DNA from: Haliotis rubra
Lineage: Eukaryota
Reading direction: 5' to 3'
Assembly (NCBI RefSeq): GCF_003918875.1
Contig: NW_025764970.1
Span: 62,001 to 126,000, forward strand
DNA: 64,000 nt
This document shows, piece by piece, positions 53,501 to 62,346 of this stretch. The translations under genes and the position numbers were made by a program. Positions within the stretch are counted from its first letter, which is position 1; every line of letters starts with the position of its first letter. The notes under the pieces are model-generated. The model was not told where the DNA came from, searched no databases, and saw only the letters and a list, made by a program, of their open reading frames with translations.

Positions 53501-56500
53501 CGTTCAAATTAAGGCGTAAAACAGGCCGGCAAACGTTGAATGAGTGTAAATGTTAGTTACAACAAGGGTACCTTAATGTTGCACAAGTAAGGAAAACTTA
53601 ATATTAGTGCACAAACGAACCGTTCTCTCGCGAAATATATGACTGAGTGAGTTTAGTTTTACGCCGCTTTCAGCAATATTCAAGCAATATAACAGCAGAG
53701 GCAACAGTAATGGGTTTCACATAGTGTACCCATGTGGGAATCGAACCCGGGTCCTCGGCGTGATGAGCCAACGTTTTAACCACTTCGCTACCACACCGCC
53801 CCGCGAAATATATCATACAACACAGATAACTTGAATAAGACATCATCATCGATTAAGGCAAGAACGATTTCACAAGAGGGTTTGACAGTAAACATACTGA
53901 GGTATCACAATGCCGACGTACAAGTCCACAACATGAATGAAGCAAGTGCATTAACTCGACATTCAGTATGTAAGGGAGGCAATCGCACAGTTGTCTGGAA
54001 CATGGTGTAAGACGTGAACGGAACTGAAACCAAAACGTAGTGGAAACAACTGCAGCGTAAAAAGTTGAAAACTCAAATCAAACAAAAGAATGTTTTCTTC
54101 AGGAATCCCAGTCCGAAATCGAATTGTTGATCTTTTCAGCAGGCCATGAGTGTAAACAGTCTTTAAAAGCTTGTGTTAACCAACTCCAACGCCGCGGGTA
54201 ACCTCAGACAGACATAAAAACCACTGCGTCACCCCAGACAGACACAAACTACTGTGTCACCCCAGACAGACACAAACTACTGCCTCACCTTAGACAGACA
54301 CAAACTACAGCGTCACCTCAGACAGACACAAACTACAGCGTCACCTCAGACAGACACAAACTACAGCGTCACCCCCGACAGACACAAACTACTGCGTCAC
54401 CCCAGACAGACACAAACTACAGCGTCACCCCAGACAGACACAAACTACTGCGTCACCCCAGACAGACACAAACTACAGCGTCACCCCAGACAGACACAAA
54501 CTACTGCGTCTCCCAAAACAGACACAAACTACAGTGTCACCCCAGACAGACACAAACTACAGCGTCACCCCAGACAGACACAAACAACTGCGTCACCCCA
54601 GACAGACACAAACTACAGCGTCACCCCAGACGGACACAAACTACTGCGTCACCCCAGACAGACACAAACTACAGCGTCACCCCAGACAGACACAAACTAC
54701 TGCGTCACCCCAGACAGACACAAACTACAGCGTCACCTCAGACAGACACAAATTACTACGTCACCCCAGACAGACACAAACTACAGCGTCACCTCAGACG
54801 GACAAAACTACTGCGTCACCCCAGACAGACACAAACTACAGCGTCACCCCAGACAGACACAAACTACTGCGGGAGTGCCACACCACCACTTACATGACGA
54901 AGTTGCCCGAAGGAGTGGTGCAATATGAATTATGTCTTTGTTTGTTTCTCGTTTAACGCCGCAGTTATATGGTGGCAGTCCGTAAATAATCGAGTCTGGA
55001 CCAGATCTCATTAACATCGAACTACGCAAATGGGATTCCAAGTCAGTGACGATAACCACCCGATCCCGTTAGTAGCCTCTTACGACAAGCATGGGTTGCT
55101 GAAGACCCATTCTAACCCTGATCTTCACGGGTGTTGTCTGCAGTCAAACAATACGACCGCTGCTGCTCATTCTCCGCCATGTTGGTAACACTGGACGATT
55201 GACGTCAGCTGTACATGCTGTTTGAGAGGCATTTTAGAAGTTGTGAAGTGAAGGAAAACCAAGTTCTATGGATAGTCAACTTCTTTTACAATGAGTGCGA
55301 CGCTTCGGCGTAGGTACTGACACCGTTATCAAGCAAGTGATGATAACGGTGTTGCTTGATAACGGTGTCAGTACCTACGCCGAAACGTCGCACTCATTGC
55401 AATAAAGAAGTTGACTATCCATAGAACTTGGTTTTCCTTCGTCAGCTGTACAGTATCTAACCCATTCGTAACTACTCGACGAATAGTTTCGAATGTATGC
55501 ATTCGTGACCAACTCGTGTTATTCCGGGGCAAGCCGAATAGCGAGGTTACGGATAGGGGCGATTGGTGACGAATGGAATGTATGGAACCGTCTGAATACT
55601 GGACTCCGTTGTCTGGCTTGCAGCTGTTCCAGCATGCTCATATAGGTGATGGAAACACTAGTTTGAACTTAGTCGGAAAACACATCACACCGTACAAGAC
55701 AGCAACACAGACCGTCATTCATGTTTACATTGGTGAGTTCGACCATCCAACGCACTTGTGGAATAAGTGCCACGTGATTAAACTGAAATCGATATTTGTA
55801 CACAAACAAATATACTTATTTATTGCTGCATGAGTTAATGGATAATTACACAATTGTACGGATAAAACAATGTGACTAATTTCACCATCATTTTCACAAG
55901 CCATACCATTGTTTAATTGTTACTTTGTTTCAAACAAACTTGTCTCTTAGGGCACATCAGGATGCAGGAATGACAGCAGTACATTCTGTCAGTTAGCTGT
56001 GTATCAATCGTACGTTCGGCATTGTATCTTAGGGCACATCAGGATGCAGGAACGATAGCAGTACATTCTGTCAGTTAGCTGTGTATCAATCGTACGTTCG
56101 GCATTGTATCTTAGGGCACATCAGGATGCAGGAACGACAGCAGTACATTCTGTCAGTTAGCTGTGTATCAATCGTACGTTCGGCATTGTATCTTAGGGCA
56201 CATCAGGATGCAGGAACGACAGCAGTACATTCTGTCAGTTAGCTGTGTATCAATCGTACGTTCGGCATTGTAGAAAGGTTTAGAAAGTTTGTTCTATTCC
56301 CACTTAACAGTGCTTAAGTACAGCTTTACCCCGAACCTTCCCAGTCCCCTCCCCCAGTTTTAAGTATTAAAGATGAGAGTGAGTTTAAGTTTTAACTTTA
56401 CGCCGCACTCAGCAATATTCCAGCTATATGGCGGTAACGATGAGAGAGAAAATATACATTTATACACAATACATGGAAGTAGAGCAAACGTCCGTGACAG

Positions 56501-56686
56501 AATATTTAATTTAATATAACAATATCAAAGATTATCAGATTATACAAACTATTCGAATAAAAACGTTTAGTGACCCAATGAGGTAACAGATGTCACAGTC
56601 AACAGATTCCACGGCCAGTCTCTTCCTTGTCACCTGTATGAATGGCGTGAGGGTGAGGTGGACTTTCTACATCTCGGGGATTTCAT
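23449..56686 (-). CDS. ksr3: KSR3-like RAF/KSR-family pseudokinase, spliced gene model of 11 coding exons (1854 nt, about 617 aa); 5' end uncertain
   Basis: Exons joined by hand with consistent GT-AG phases: 56686-56634, 49473-49421, 44621-43851, 43442-43394, 43063-42959, 40528-40361, 32315-32094, 29611-29477, 25200-25071, 24303-24223, 23535-23449. The product has RAF/KSR signatures (GRWHGEV, RHENINLFMG, IAVGMGYLHAKGIV, YVAPE, DVYAFG, CW..EP..RP.F, RHSSSEP) with degenerate catalytic motifs. The KSR3 label is inferred from motifs, not from a phylogeny. Confidence 0.85.
24223..24303 (-). CDS. ksr3: KSR3-like exon, kinase subdomain XI: DLIEDCWAHEPCYRPDFPELSKELLKN
   Basis: ctgcag acceptor, GTAAGT donor, phase 0/0, CW..P..RP.F motif. 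Confidence 0.93.
24616..24971 (+). mobile_element. SINE family C (tRNA head, central body, (TCACC)n tail), full length
   Basis: A/B boxes gtggttagagcg / gggttcgatccc; TSD acataactgct at 24605-24615 and 24972-24982; body resembles V/Meta-type mollusc SINEs (from memory, unverified). Confidence 0.85.
25071..25200 (-). CDS. ksr3: KSR3-like exon, subdomains IX-X: TVMYEVLSGRFPYNDVPVESLIWQVCKGRRQGLTNLTCSSALK
   Basis: ttccag acceptor, GTTTGT donor, phase 2/0, KSR-like LIWQV.KG. Confidence 0.93.
25733..25830. mobile_element. Probable MITE
   Basis: Imperfect TIRs gggtcccgcttcac / gaaacgaggccc. Confidence 0.4.
25899..26290 (+). mobile_element. Probable non-autonomous Helitron/Helentron-type element with internal tandem units
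   Basis: Two related units (tgtaggctg...ttgaagaca...atat(t/c)gcgttaacaag), tgaccttga...ggtcgaggtca hairpin, terminal gacg-type microsatellite. Confidence 0.45.
26300..26450. repeat. Minisatellite, 14/15-bp unit gggtacatactga(a/ca)
   Basis: Direct inspection. Confidence 0.9.
27290..27446 (-). mobile_element. SINE family A
   Basis: A/B boxes and shared tail; small internal deletion. Confidence 0.85.
28742..28896 (-). mobile_element. SINE family A
   Basis: A/B boxes and shared tail. Confidence 0.85.
29477..29611 (-). CDS. ksr3: KSR3-like exon, subdomains VIII-IX: VNHSSIPRGHMTYVAPEILCTMVTLPPRFVTSSPYTNEADVYAFG
   Basis: tttacag acceptor, GTAAGT donor, phase 2/2, APE and DVYAFG motifs; this reading frame is not in the ORF track. 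Confidence 0.95.
29846..30008 (-). mobile_element. SINE family A
   Basis: A/B boxes and shared tail. Confidence 0.9.
30531..31275. repeat. Minisatellite, 39-bp unit, split by a SINE A; a stray unit lies near 31800
   Basis: atgtgtccgggggcaaatagatcaccgcaatatagtata; 13-aa periodic pseudo-ORFs. Confidence 0.95.
30993..31162 (-). mobile_element. SINE family A inserted into the 39-bp minisatellite
   Basis: A/B boxes, (TCAG)n tail variant, flanks ccgga(t/g)gctaata. Confidence 0.9.
32094..32315 (-). CDS. ksr3: KSR3-like exon, subdomains V-VII: APAGLSLYENLH...IAVGMGYLHAKGIVLRKLNTKNVFLAPKVKISAMDYGFAEAKYD
   Basis: ctttcag acceptor, GTGAAT donor, phase 2/2; lies within ORF 32090..32332. Confidence 0.95.
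32360..32514 (+). mobile_element. SINE family C, 5' half
   Basis: Near-identical to 24616-24770. Confidence 0.85.
32560..33410. repeat. Minisatellite, 30-bp unit atgacaagagagtacccacaagactatagc
   Basis: 10-aa periodic pseudo-ORFs on both strands. Confidence 0.97.
33593..33842 (-). mobile_element. SINE-like family B, full length
   Basis: Similarity to other B copies; TSD aaatgatgta. Confidence 0.9.
35020..36245 (+). mobile_element. Decayed 3' end of a non-LTR retrotransposon (L2/CR1 group): RT thumb plus C-terminal Cys/His region
   Basis: W.L.IN.SKT, KYLGI.F, PILLYGCEIWG, LYGELG, HRLPIEVGRW...ERMCNLC...GDEFHY spread over frameshifted ORFs 35023, 35343 and 35952; AATAAA at the end. Confidence 0.85.
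36951..37115 (+). mobile_element. SINE family A
   Basis: ggggcggtggggtagcctagtggttaaagcg...ggttcgattcccc...aaactcactcac. Confidence 0.9.
37914..38075 (-). mobile_element. SINE family A
   Basis: A/B boxes; TSD ggtacgctca. Confidence 0.9.
39880..40200 (-). mobile_element. Tc1/mariner transposase N-terminal relic
   Basis: IGMLETGRSKRAVA...DQSRSGRPR in ORF 39877..40080, typical of the Tc1 HTH and GRPR motif. Confidence 0.6.
40361..40528 (-). CDS. ksr3: KSR3-like exon, subdomains II-IV: GRWHGEVTIHLFRDKKGDETDVFWSDLTKLCRIRHENINLFMGACTVPPNRAVIT
   Basis: ctttgcag acceptor, GTGAGA donor, phase 2/2; RAF/KSR WHG.V and RHEN.LFMG motifs. Confidence 0.95.
40927..41135 (+). mobile_element. SINE-like family B
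   Basis: Similarity to other B copies; flanking direct repeat cctacaacttgcca. Confidence 0.8.
41248..42834. repeat. Minisatellite, 41-bp unit cagtacttggctgagattagtgacagacagtcctacatcac
   Basis: Recurrence at 41248 and 41289. Confidence 0.97.
42959..43063 (-). CDS. ksr3: KSR3-like exon, NtA region and P-loop: SVLDGKMSIEDFSIPYEDVSVTDCERVGRRCTIH
   Basis: atttcag acceptor, GTGAGA donor, phase 2/2; aligns to RAF SSDDWEIP...GSGSFGTVYK. Confidence 0.9.
43190..43337 (-). mobile_element. SINE family C-related, diverged 5' part
   Basis: gagcgccaggcagg...ggtatgacgc...tcgaa...gacctt..gctctccggg. Confidence 0.6.
43394..43442 (-). CDS. ksr3: KSR3-like 49-nt linker exon: DADNEDLAVSFVHDRE
   Basis: tatattcag acceptor, GTAGGG donor; phase 1/2 exactly bridges the flanking exons. 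Confidence 0.75.
43851..44621 (-). CDS. ksr3: KSR3-like large N-terminal exon (disordered, Ser/Pro/Arg-rich; RRSKSLG and RRRCATWP motifs)
   Basis: Inside the 289-aa ORF 43786..44655; ggttgcag acceptor, GAGG/GTAAGA donor, phase 1/1. Confidence 0.75.
45297..45460 (-). mobile_element. SINE family A
   Basis: A/B boxes; TSD-like cggcagcag. Confidence 0.85.
46077..46243 (-). mobile_element. SINE family A
   Basis: A/B boxes and shared tail. Confidence 0.85.
46432..46587 (+). mobile_element. SINE-like family B, 5'-truncated
   Basis: Similarity to other B copies. Confidence 0.8.
48105..48943. repeat. Minisatellite, 61-bp unit containing CTGATGAAGCGAAACATGTC, about 13-14 copies
   Basis: Core recurs at 48225, 48286, 48346, 48407 and onward. 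Confidence 0.95.
49421..49473 (-). CDS. Probable KSR3-like upstream exon: SGKLKKYDENTYRRRLI
   Basis: Strong acceptor (ttcctgttttcag) and GTAAGC donor; phase 2/1 fits the 44621 exon. Confidence 0.55.
50644..50965 (-). mobile_element. SINE family C, near full length
   Basis: Reverse complement of the 24616 copy, (GAGGT)n tail. Confidence 0.85.
51051..51143 (-). mobile_element. SINE-like family B, head fused directly to tail (body deleted)
   Basis: tttacgccgcactc joined to ttacgacaagcat; flanks tataaagt. Confidence 0.7.
51471..51637 (-). mobile_element. SINE family A
   Basis: A/B boxes, (TCAG)n tail variant, TSD gct(g/a)ggattcga. Confidence 0.9.
51899..52060 (-). mobile_element. SINE family A
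   Basis: A/B boxes; TSD atttt(a/g)aaatga. Confidence 0.9.
53641..53803 (-). mobile_element. SINE family A
   Basis: A/B boxes; TSD cgcgaaatatat. Confidence 0.85.
54200..54870. repeat. Minisatellite, 28-bp unit cagacagacacaaactac(a/t)gcgtcaccc
   Basis: 28-aa (3-unit) periodic pseudo-ORFs. Confidence 0.97.
54935..55132 (-). mobile_element. SINE-like family B with small deletions
   Basis: Similarity to other B copies. Confidence 0.8.
55216..55440. mobile_element. Short Penelope-end hairpin insertion with near-perfect inverted arms of about 87 bp
   Basis: Arms 55250-55336 and 55352-55440; TSD cgtcagctgtaca at 55203-55215 and 55440-55452; contains GAAACGTC...AATAAAGAAGTTG as in the 17945-18010 region. 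Confidence 0.85.
55353..55392 (+). ncRNA. Minimal type I hammerhead-like motif (U3:A8 variant); mirror copy on the minus strand has GAAG instead of GAAA
   Basis: TGC-TTGATAA-C-GGTGT-CAGTACCT-ACGCC-GAAAC-GTC-GCA: 3-bp stem I, 5-bp stem II. Confidence 0.55.
55945..56272. repeat. Tandem repeat, 82-bp unit, 4 copies
   Basis: tcttagggcacatc at 55945, 56027, 56109, 56191. Confidence 0.97.
56634..56686 (-). CDS. Candidate first coding segment MKSPRCRKSTSPSRHSY, in an exon probably spanning 56634-56860
   Basis: ATG with an in-frame upstream stop; CAG/GTGACA donor, phase 2, fits the 49473 exon; acceptor ctctctcag at 56861. Confidence 0.4.
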
Positions 56687-57207
56687 TTCGCTAATGGAAA
56701 TGCTCGCCGTTGACGGCCCCAGGGCAAGCTGTAGTTGCCGACAAACACGCCCCCTTCACAGACAAACCTAACGTCGTGGAGGGTCTGAAATGTTGTCTCC
56801 CAGTTCTGTAGCCCCTCATGCAGCCTCCGCATCGGCATTTGCCCAGACGATCTCTTTTATCTGAGAGAGTTTATTGGGTTACGTAATCATTAATATTGTA
56901 CTTTGAAATGTTAAGTGGAATTTTGACATTTTTGCAGATTCCGTCTGTTTGGTGGTCGTGGGTGACTTTGATCATTTCACGAGTCTTTCTCACAGTCCCT
57001 GTGGGCGAGCGATAGTGTACTTGTTAAAGCGTTGGCACGTCACGCTGTCCCCGCCGTGATATTATTTTCTCAACTGCCTACCCCTTCCTGCAATGACAAA
57101 GCCTTAAATAAAGTAAGTTTTGTCTGAATTTCCCATTTCACTGGGTCTCATTTTCAATTAAAGGGGATTATTTGTTACTATCAAACTCATATATGTTCAG
57201 ATACAAA

Positions 57208-57374
57208 GGGGCGGTGGGGTAGTCTAGTGGTTAAAGCGTTGGCTCGTCACGCCGAAGACCCGGGTTCGAATCCCCACATGGGCACAATGAGTGAAGCCCA
57301 TTTCTAGTGTCCCCCGCCGTGATATTGCTGGAATATTGCTAAAAAAGCGGCGTAAAACCAAACTCAGTCAGTCA
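57208..57374 (+). mobile_element. SINE family A
   Basis: A/B boxes; TSD tcagatac. Confidence 0.9.
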
Positions 57375-57454
57375 GATACTAAGCGTCAGTCTAAACATTT
57401 CACGAGCACTTCAGTGAGTAAATGTATCGTGGTCTGCGGGTAAAACCAAACTCC

Positions 57455-57505
57455 AGTGAGTGAGTGAGTGAGTGAGTGAGTGAGTGAGTGAGTGAGTGAG
57501 TGAGT
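57455..57505. repeat. (GAGT)n microsatellite, an expanded SINE tail
   Basis: Followed by atggttttac as in family A tails. Confidence 0.85.
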
Positions 57506-58284
57506 ATGGTTTTACTAAGCCCGGACGGTGCTGATGCTGTCAACCACTGATCACAACCCAACACTCATTCAGGGTATCACAACATGTCCATACGCCTGGA
57601 TCAGGCAAACTGGAGTCCGTTAGTCGATAAGTCAAAAGTAGCTGGAAACCGAGTACAATCTTATTTCCCTGAACAGCCGACAACGACAGTATAGTCATCA
57701 CCAGCTTGGAATAACGAGACCACTCTGCCCAGCAATACCCACGGGGCAAAAGAGTGGCTTGGACAAGATACTGAGATGGTTTGACATGGATGAATAACAC
57801 AAATTGGATGTCAGAAATCAAATTTCCGCCGATCTGGGAATGTCTTGATAAGACACAAGTTATAAAATATCTCTCATGACTGGGTGGTCTGACAAAATAA
57901 TCAATCACGCTCGAACCGATAATATGATCAAGTATGATAATTTATATGTATTATTGAATTGGCAAGACATGCCAAGCACAATTCAAAACACAGCGTGAAT
58001 AATTAGTAGACAGTGTAGAAAAAGCATTTTAACATCGTCGGCAAAAAGACAGCCTACATCAGCCGATGAAAATTAAAACGACAATTACAAGTCTTTACTG
58101 ACAGATCCCCCTTCCTCCGCTCAAGCCGATGTCACAAACTGAACTTGAATTGATCGGTTGTTACATTAGTGCAAGAGTATAGGGTTCAACTATGTACTAC
58201 AGGAATTTAAGCAGTATCAGCCAGCAAAACACAAGAAAAAGCACTTCACCCATGTGAGGAATCGAACCCGGGCGTCAGGGTGGC

Positions 58285-59676
58285 AAGATATAGCTATAAC
58301 CTGAAACTATCCAGTGTGACTGATGCCGTGTTGGTATATACTGGTAAGATATAGCTATAACCTGAAACTATCCAGTGTGACTGATGCCGTGTTGGTATAT
58401 ACTGGTAAGATATAGCTATAACCTGAAACTATCCAGTGTGACTGATGCCGTGTTGGTATATACTGGTAACCTGAAAAGATATAGCTATAACCTGAAACTA
58501 TCCAGTGTGACTGATGCCGTGTTGGTATATACTGGTAAGATATAGCTATAACCTGAAACTATCCTGTCCAGTGTGACTGATGCCGTGTTGGTATATACTG
58601 GTAAGATGTAGCTATAACCTGAAACTATCCAGTGACTGGATGCCGTGTTGGTATATACTGGTAAGATATAGCTATAACCTGAAACTATCCAGTGTGACTG
58701 ATATACCGTGTTGGTATATATGCCGTGTTGGTATATACTGGTAAGATATAGCTATAACCTGAAACTATCCAGTGTGACTGATGCCGTGTTGGTATATACT
58801 GGTAAGATATAGCTATAACCTGAAACTATCCAGTGTGACTGATGCCGTGTTGGTATATACCGGTAAGTTGGCTGGTAAGATATAGCTATAACCTGAAACT
58901 ATCCAGTGTGACTGATGCCGTGTTGGTATATACTGGTAAGATATAGCTATAACCTGAAAAACTATCCAGTGTGACTGATGCCGTGTTGGTATATACTGGT
59001 AAGATATAGCTATAACCTGAAACTATCCAGTGTGACTGATGCCGTGTTGGTATATACTGGTAAGATATAGCTATAACCTGAAACTATCCAGTGTGACTGA
59101 TGCCGTGTTGGTATATACTGGTAAGATATAGCTATAACCTGAAACTATCCAGTGTGACTGATGCCGTGTTGGTATATACTGGTAAGATATAGCTATAACC
59201 TGAAACTATCCAGTGTGACTGATGCCGTGTTGGTATATACTGGTAAGATATAGCTATAACCTGAAACTATCCAGTGTGACTGATGCCGTGTTGGTATATA
59301 CTGGTAAGATATAGCTATAACCTGAAACTATCCAGTGTGACTGATGCCGTGTTGGTATATACCGGTAAGATATAGCTATAACCTGAAACTATCCAGTGTG
59401 ACTGATGCCGTGTTGGTATATACTGGTAAGATATAGCTATAACCTGAAACTATCCAGTGTGACTGATGCCGTGTTGGTATATACTGGTAAGATATAGCTA
59501 TAACCTGAAACTATCCAGTGTGACTGATGCCGTGTTGGTATATACTGGTAAGATATAGCTATAACCTGAAACTATCCAGTGTGACTGATGCCGTGTTGGT
59601 ATATACTGGTAAGATATAGCTATAACCTGAAACTATCCAGTGTGACTGATGCCGTGTTGGTATATACTGGTAAGAT
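58285..59676. repeat. Minisatellite, 61-bp unit aagatatagctataacctgaaactatccagtgtgactgatgccgtgttggtatatactggt, about 22 copies
   Basis: Recurrence at 58285 and 58346. Confidence 0.97.
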
Positions 59677-59958
59677 GCTGACACTGGTAACTGGACATCC
59701 AGCAATATAACGGCTGGAGACACCAGATATATGGTAAGATGCTGACACACATGCAATATCGCTGGAGACACCAGAAAACACTGCAGGAACTCAAGCTACC
59801 AGACATGTCACCTGTCTAAGGACTCTCCACGACCAACGGATCTTATTTCAACTGGTTTCTGACCTGTGCTCTTTGTACAAGATCATACACCACCACCACC
59901 ATCAGCAGCAGCATGTATAACAGTTTGAAAGCTAAACCCAGCCTCAGTAGTGACTTAC

Positions 59959-60031
59959 TTCCACCCACACCATCATCACCAAGCCAACTACTTGTCGTGT
60001 ACACAGAAAATAGGTCAATCCGTTGAGCCAT
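59959..60031 (-). other. Candidate alternative 5' exon or uORF (MAQRIDLFSVYTTSSWLGDDGVGG) ending in a GTAAGT donor
   Basis: ATG-initiated frame followed by a consensus donor; no homology recognised. Confidence 0.25.
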
Positions 60032-60439
60032 ATAGGTTACGCCATGTATTTAATATCTTCCCAATAACTCCTATATCTGCTTATGAAAACATTATTGATA
60101 AAAGTAGAAGTTATCTGATCTTATTGAGTGTATGTGTGACACGTCTTGACAGAACATCGACCAATTACTTCTTATAGCATCGTGGTGTCGTTCAAACATA
60201 CCGAAACACAGTCAGCAGTGCTCTGATATAGCCAGCGACGTCTTTCATGACGTACACGACCCTCTAGAATCAATCACAACTATCGTCTCCTCCATACCAC
60301 GCGGTCACCTTGACGGTATGACATGTCAAACAGCTGCATGCATCACTATAAGTATGATTATGCCCGTCAGTCGTGTTATCTATGTCACAGTATCTAAGAT
60401 TCACCAACATTGCTGGTTCTACTAAAGCTGCAGCATCAC

Positions 60440-61256
60440 TAGTTTGTACACAGACTACGGGTAATGGTACTAGTTTGTTGTGCTATAGGGCAAGAGTAAT
60501 GGTCCCCTTAGTTTGATCTGTATATAGTAAGGTTAATGGTATTGGTGGTTCCATGTTGTGATATATAGTATCATTATAATCAATGGTACTAGTTTGATAT
60601 GTGGGGAATTACAGGTGTTGGTACTAGTTTGTTCTGTATATACCTTGAGTAATGTTTGTAGTTTGTTCTGTATATAGACGAGTAATGGTACGGAGTTTGT
60701 TCTGTATATAGTACGAGTGAATTTACTATTCTTTGTAATAGTACTAGCTTGTTCTGTATATAGTACGAGTAATAGTACTAGTTTGTTCTGTATATAGTAC
60801 GAGTAATGGTACTAGTTTGTTCTGTATATAGTACGAGTAATGGTACTAGTTTGTTGTGTATATAGTACGAGTAATAGTACTAGTTTGTTCTGTATATAGT
60901 ACGAGTAATAGTACTAGTTTGTTCTGTATATAGTACGAGTAATAGTATATATATACGAGTAATAGTACTAGCTTTGAGTAATACGAGTAATACTAGTTTG
61001 TTCTGTATATAGTACGAGTAATAGTACTAGTTTGTTCTGTATATAGTACGAGTAATGGTACTAGTTTGTTCTGTATATAGTACGAGTAATGGTACTAGTT
61101 TGTTGTGTATATAGTACGAGTAATAGTACTAGTTTGTTCTGTATATAGTACGAGTAATGGTACTAGTTTGTTCTGTATATAGTACGAGTAATAGTACTAG
61201 TTTGTTCTGTATATAGTATGAGTAATAGTACTAGTTTGTTCTGTATATAGTATGAG
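60440..61256. repeat. Minisatellite, 34-bp unit, diverged on the left and homogeneous on the right
   Basis: gtttgttctgtatatagtacgagtaat(a/g)gtacta at 60781 and 60815. Confidence 0.93.
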
Positions 61257-61264
61257 TGGCTATA

Positions 61265-61497
61265 GTTGTTGGTTTGTTGTAGTATGCCGCAATCAGCAAT
61301 ATTCCAGCTATATGGCGGCTGTCTGTAAATAATCGAATCTGGACCAGACAATCAAGTGATCAACAGCATGAGGATCGATCTACTCAATTGGGATACGATG
61401 ACACGTGTCAACCAAGTCAGCGAGCCTGACCACCTGATCGTGTGAGTCGACAAGCATGGGTTACTGAAGATCATTTCTACCCCGGATCTTCACGGGT
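61265..61497 (-). mobile_element. SINE-like family B, followed by an older degenerate copy to about 61650
   Basis: TSD atgagtggctata at 61252-61264 and 61499-61511. Confidence 0.85.
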
Positions 61498-61663
61498 AAT
61501 GAGTGGCTATAACAATTTCAGCAACATTTAAGCAATACTGGTTCGGAAAAGCTAAGCATACGGTTGTTAATAATGGAATCTGGACCAGACAAACCAGTGA
61601 CTGATAACGTAAACTTGCAGTCAGCCAAGTCAACACTGCCTAGCCACCCGATTGAAAGCTTAC

Positions 61664-61718
61664 CTGTTCACATGCTCCATACTTCCAGTAGTCTGTGTCC
61701 AGTTCCACACTGTACATA
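61664..61718 (-). other. Candidate 55-nt upstream exon of the KSR3-like gene (5'UTR or alternative start MEHVN)
   Basis: gtattgtcag acceptor and CAG/GTAAGC donor; MEHVN frame is phase 2, compatible with the 49473 exon. Confidence 0.3.
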
Positions 61719-62165
61719 CTGACAATACACTTTAGAAACTGAATTGAAATGTGATTTAACAGCCTGTCTAATCAGACAAGAGAAACTCGTATACAGGAAA
61801 AGAACTCCACATGGTTAATAGTAATAAGTTCAAACTATAAGTAGGTTTCATCAGACGAAGACGATAGGTCTTATGTGTCAAGGCTTGGAGATACCTATTG
61901 GAGATACCTATTTCTTCGTGCATCACAATCCATTTTGACATTACTAGGACGCACTTTCTGCCGGCAGGCTTGGTCGTCACATCACCGCCCACCAGAAGCT
62001 CTATACCTAGAGCGTCAATTGTGGATTGAAAATTCTAGGTCGACAAGTTCTAGTAGATGCTAGTGAGGTACACTGTTGTGGTAACGACCCTATACACATG
62101 GGTAAAGTTATGTCGATACAGCTAATGTACAAGCTGATATTAATTGCTGTTTACACGGTAGATGA

Positions 62166-62333
62166 GTGAGTGAGTGAGTATGGTTTAACGCCGCTTTTAG
62201 CAATATTCCAGCAACATCACGGCGGGGGACACCAGAAATGGGCTTCACACATTGCACTCATGTGGGGAATCGAACCCGGGTCTTCGGCGTGACGACCGAA
62301 CGCTTTTTACCACTAAGCTACCCCACCGCTCCG
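62166..62333 (-). mobile_element. SINE family A
   Basis: A/B boxes; TSD cacggtagatga. Confidence 0.9.
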
Positions 62334-62346
62334 CACGGTAGATGAA

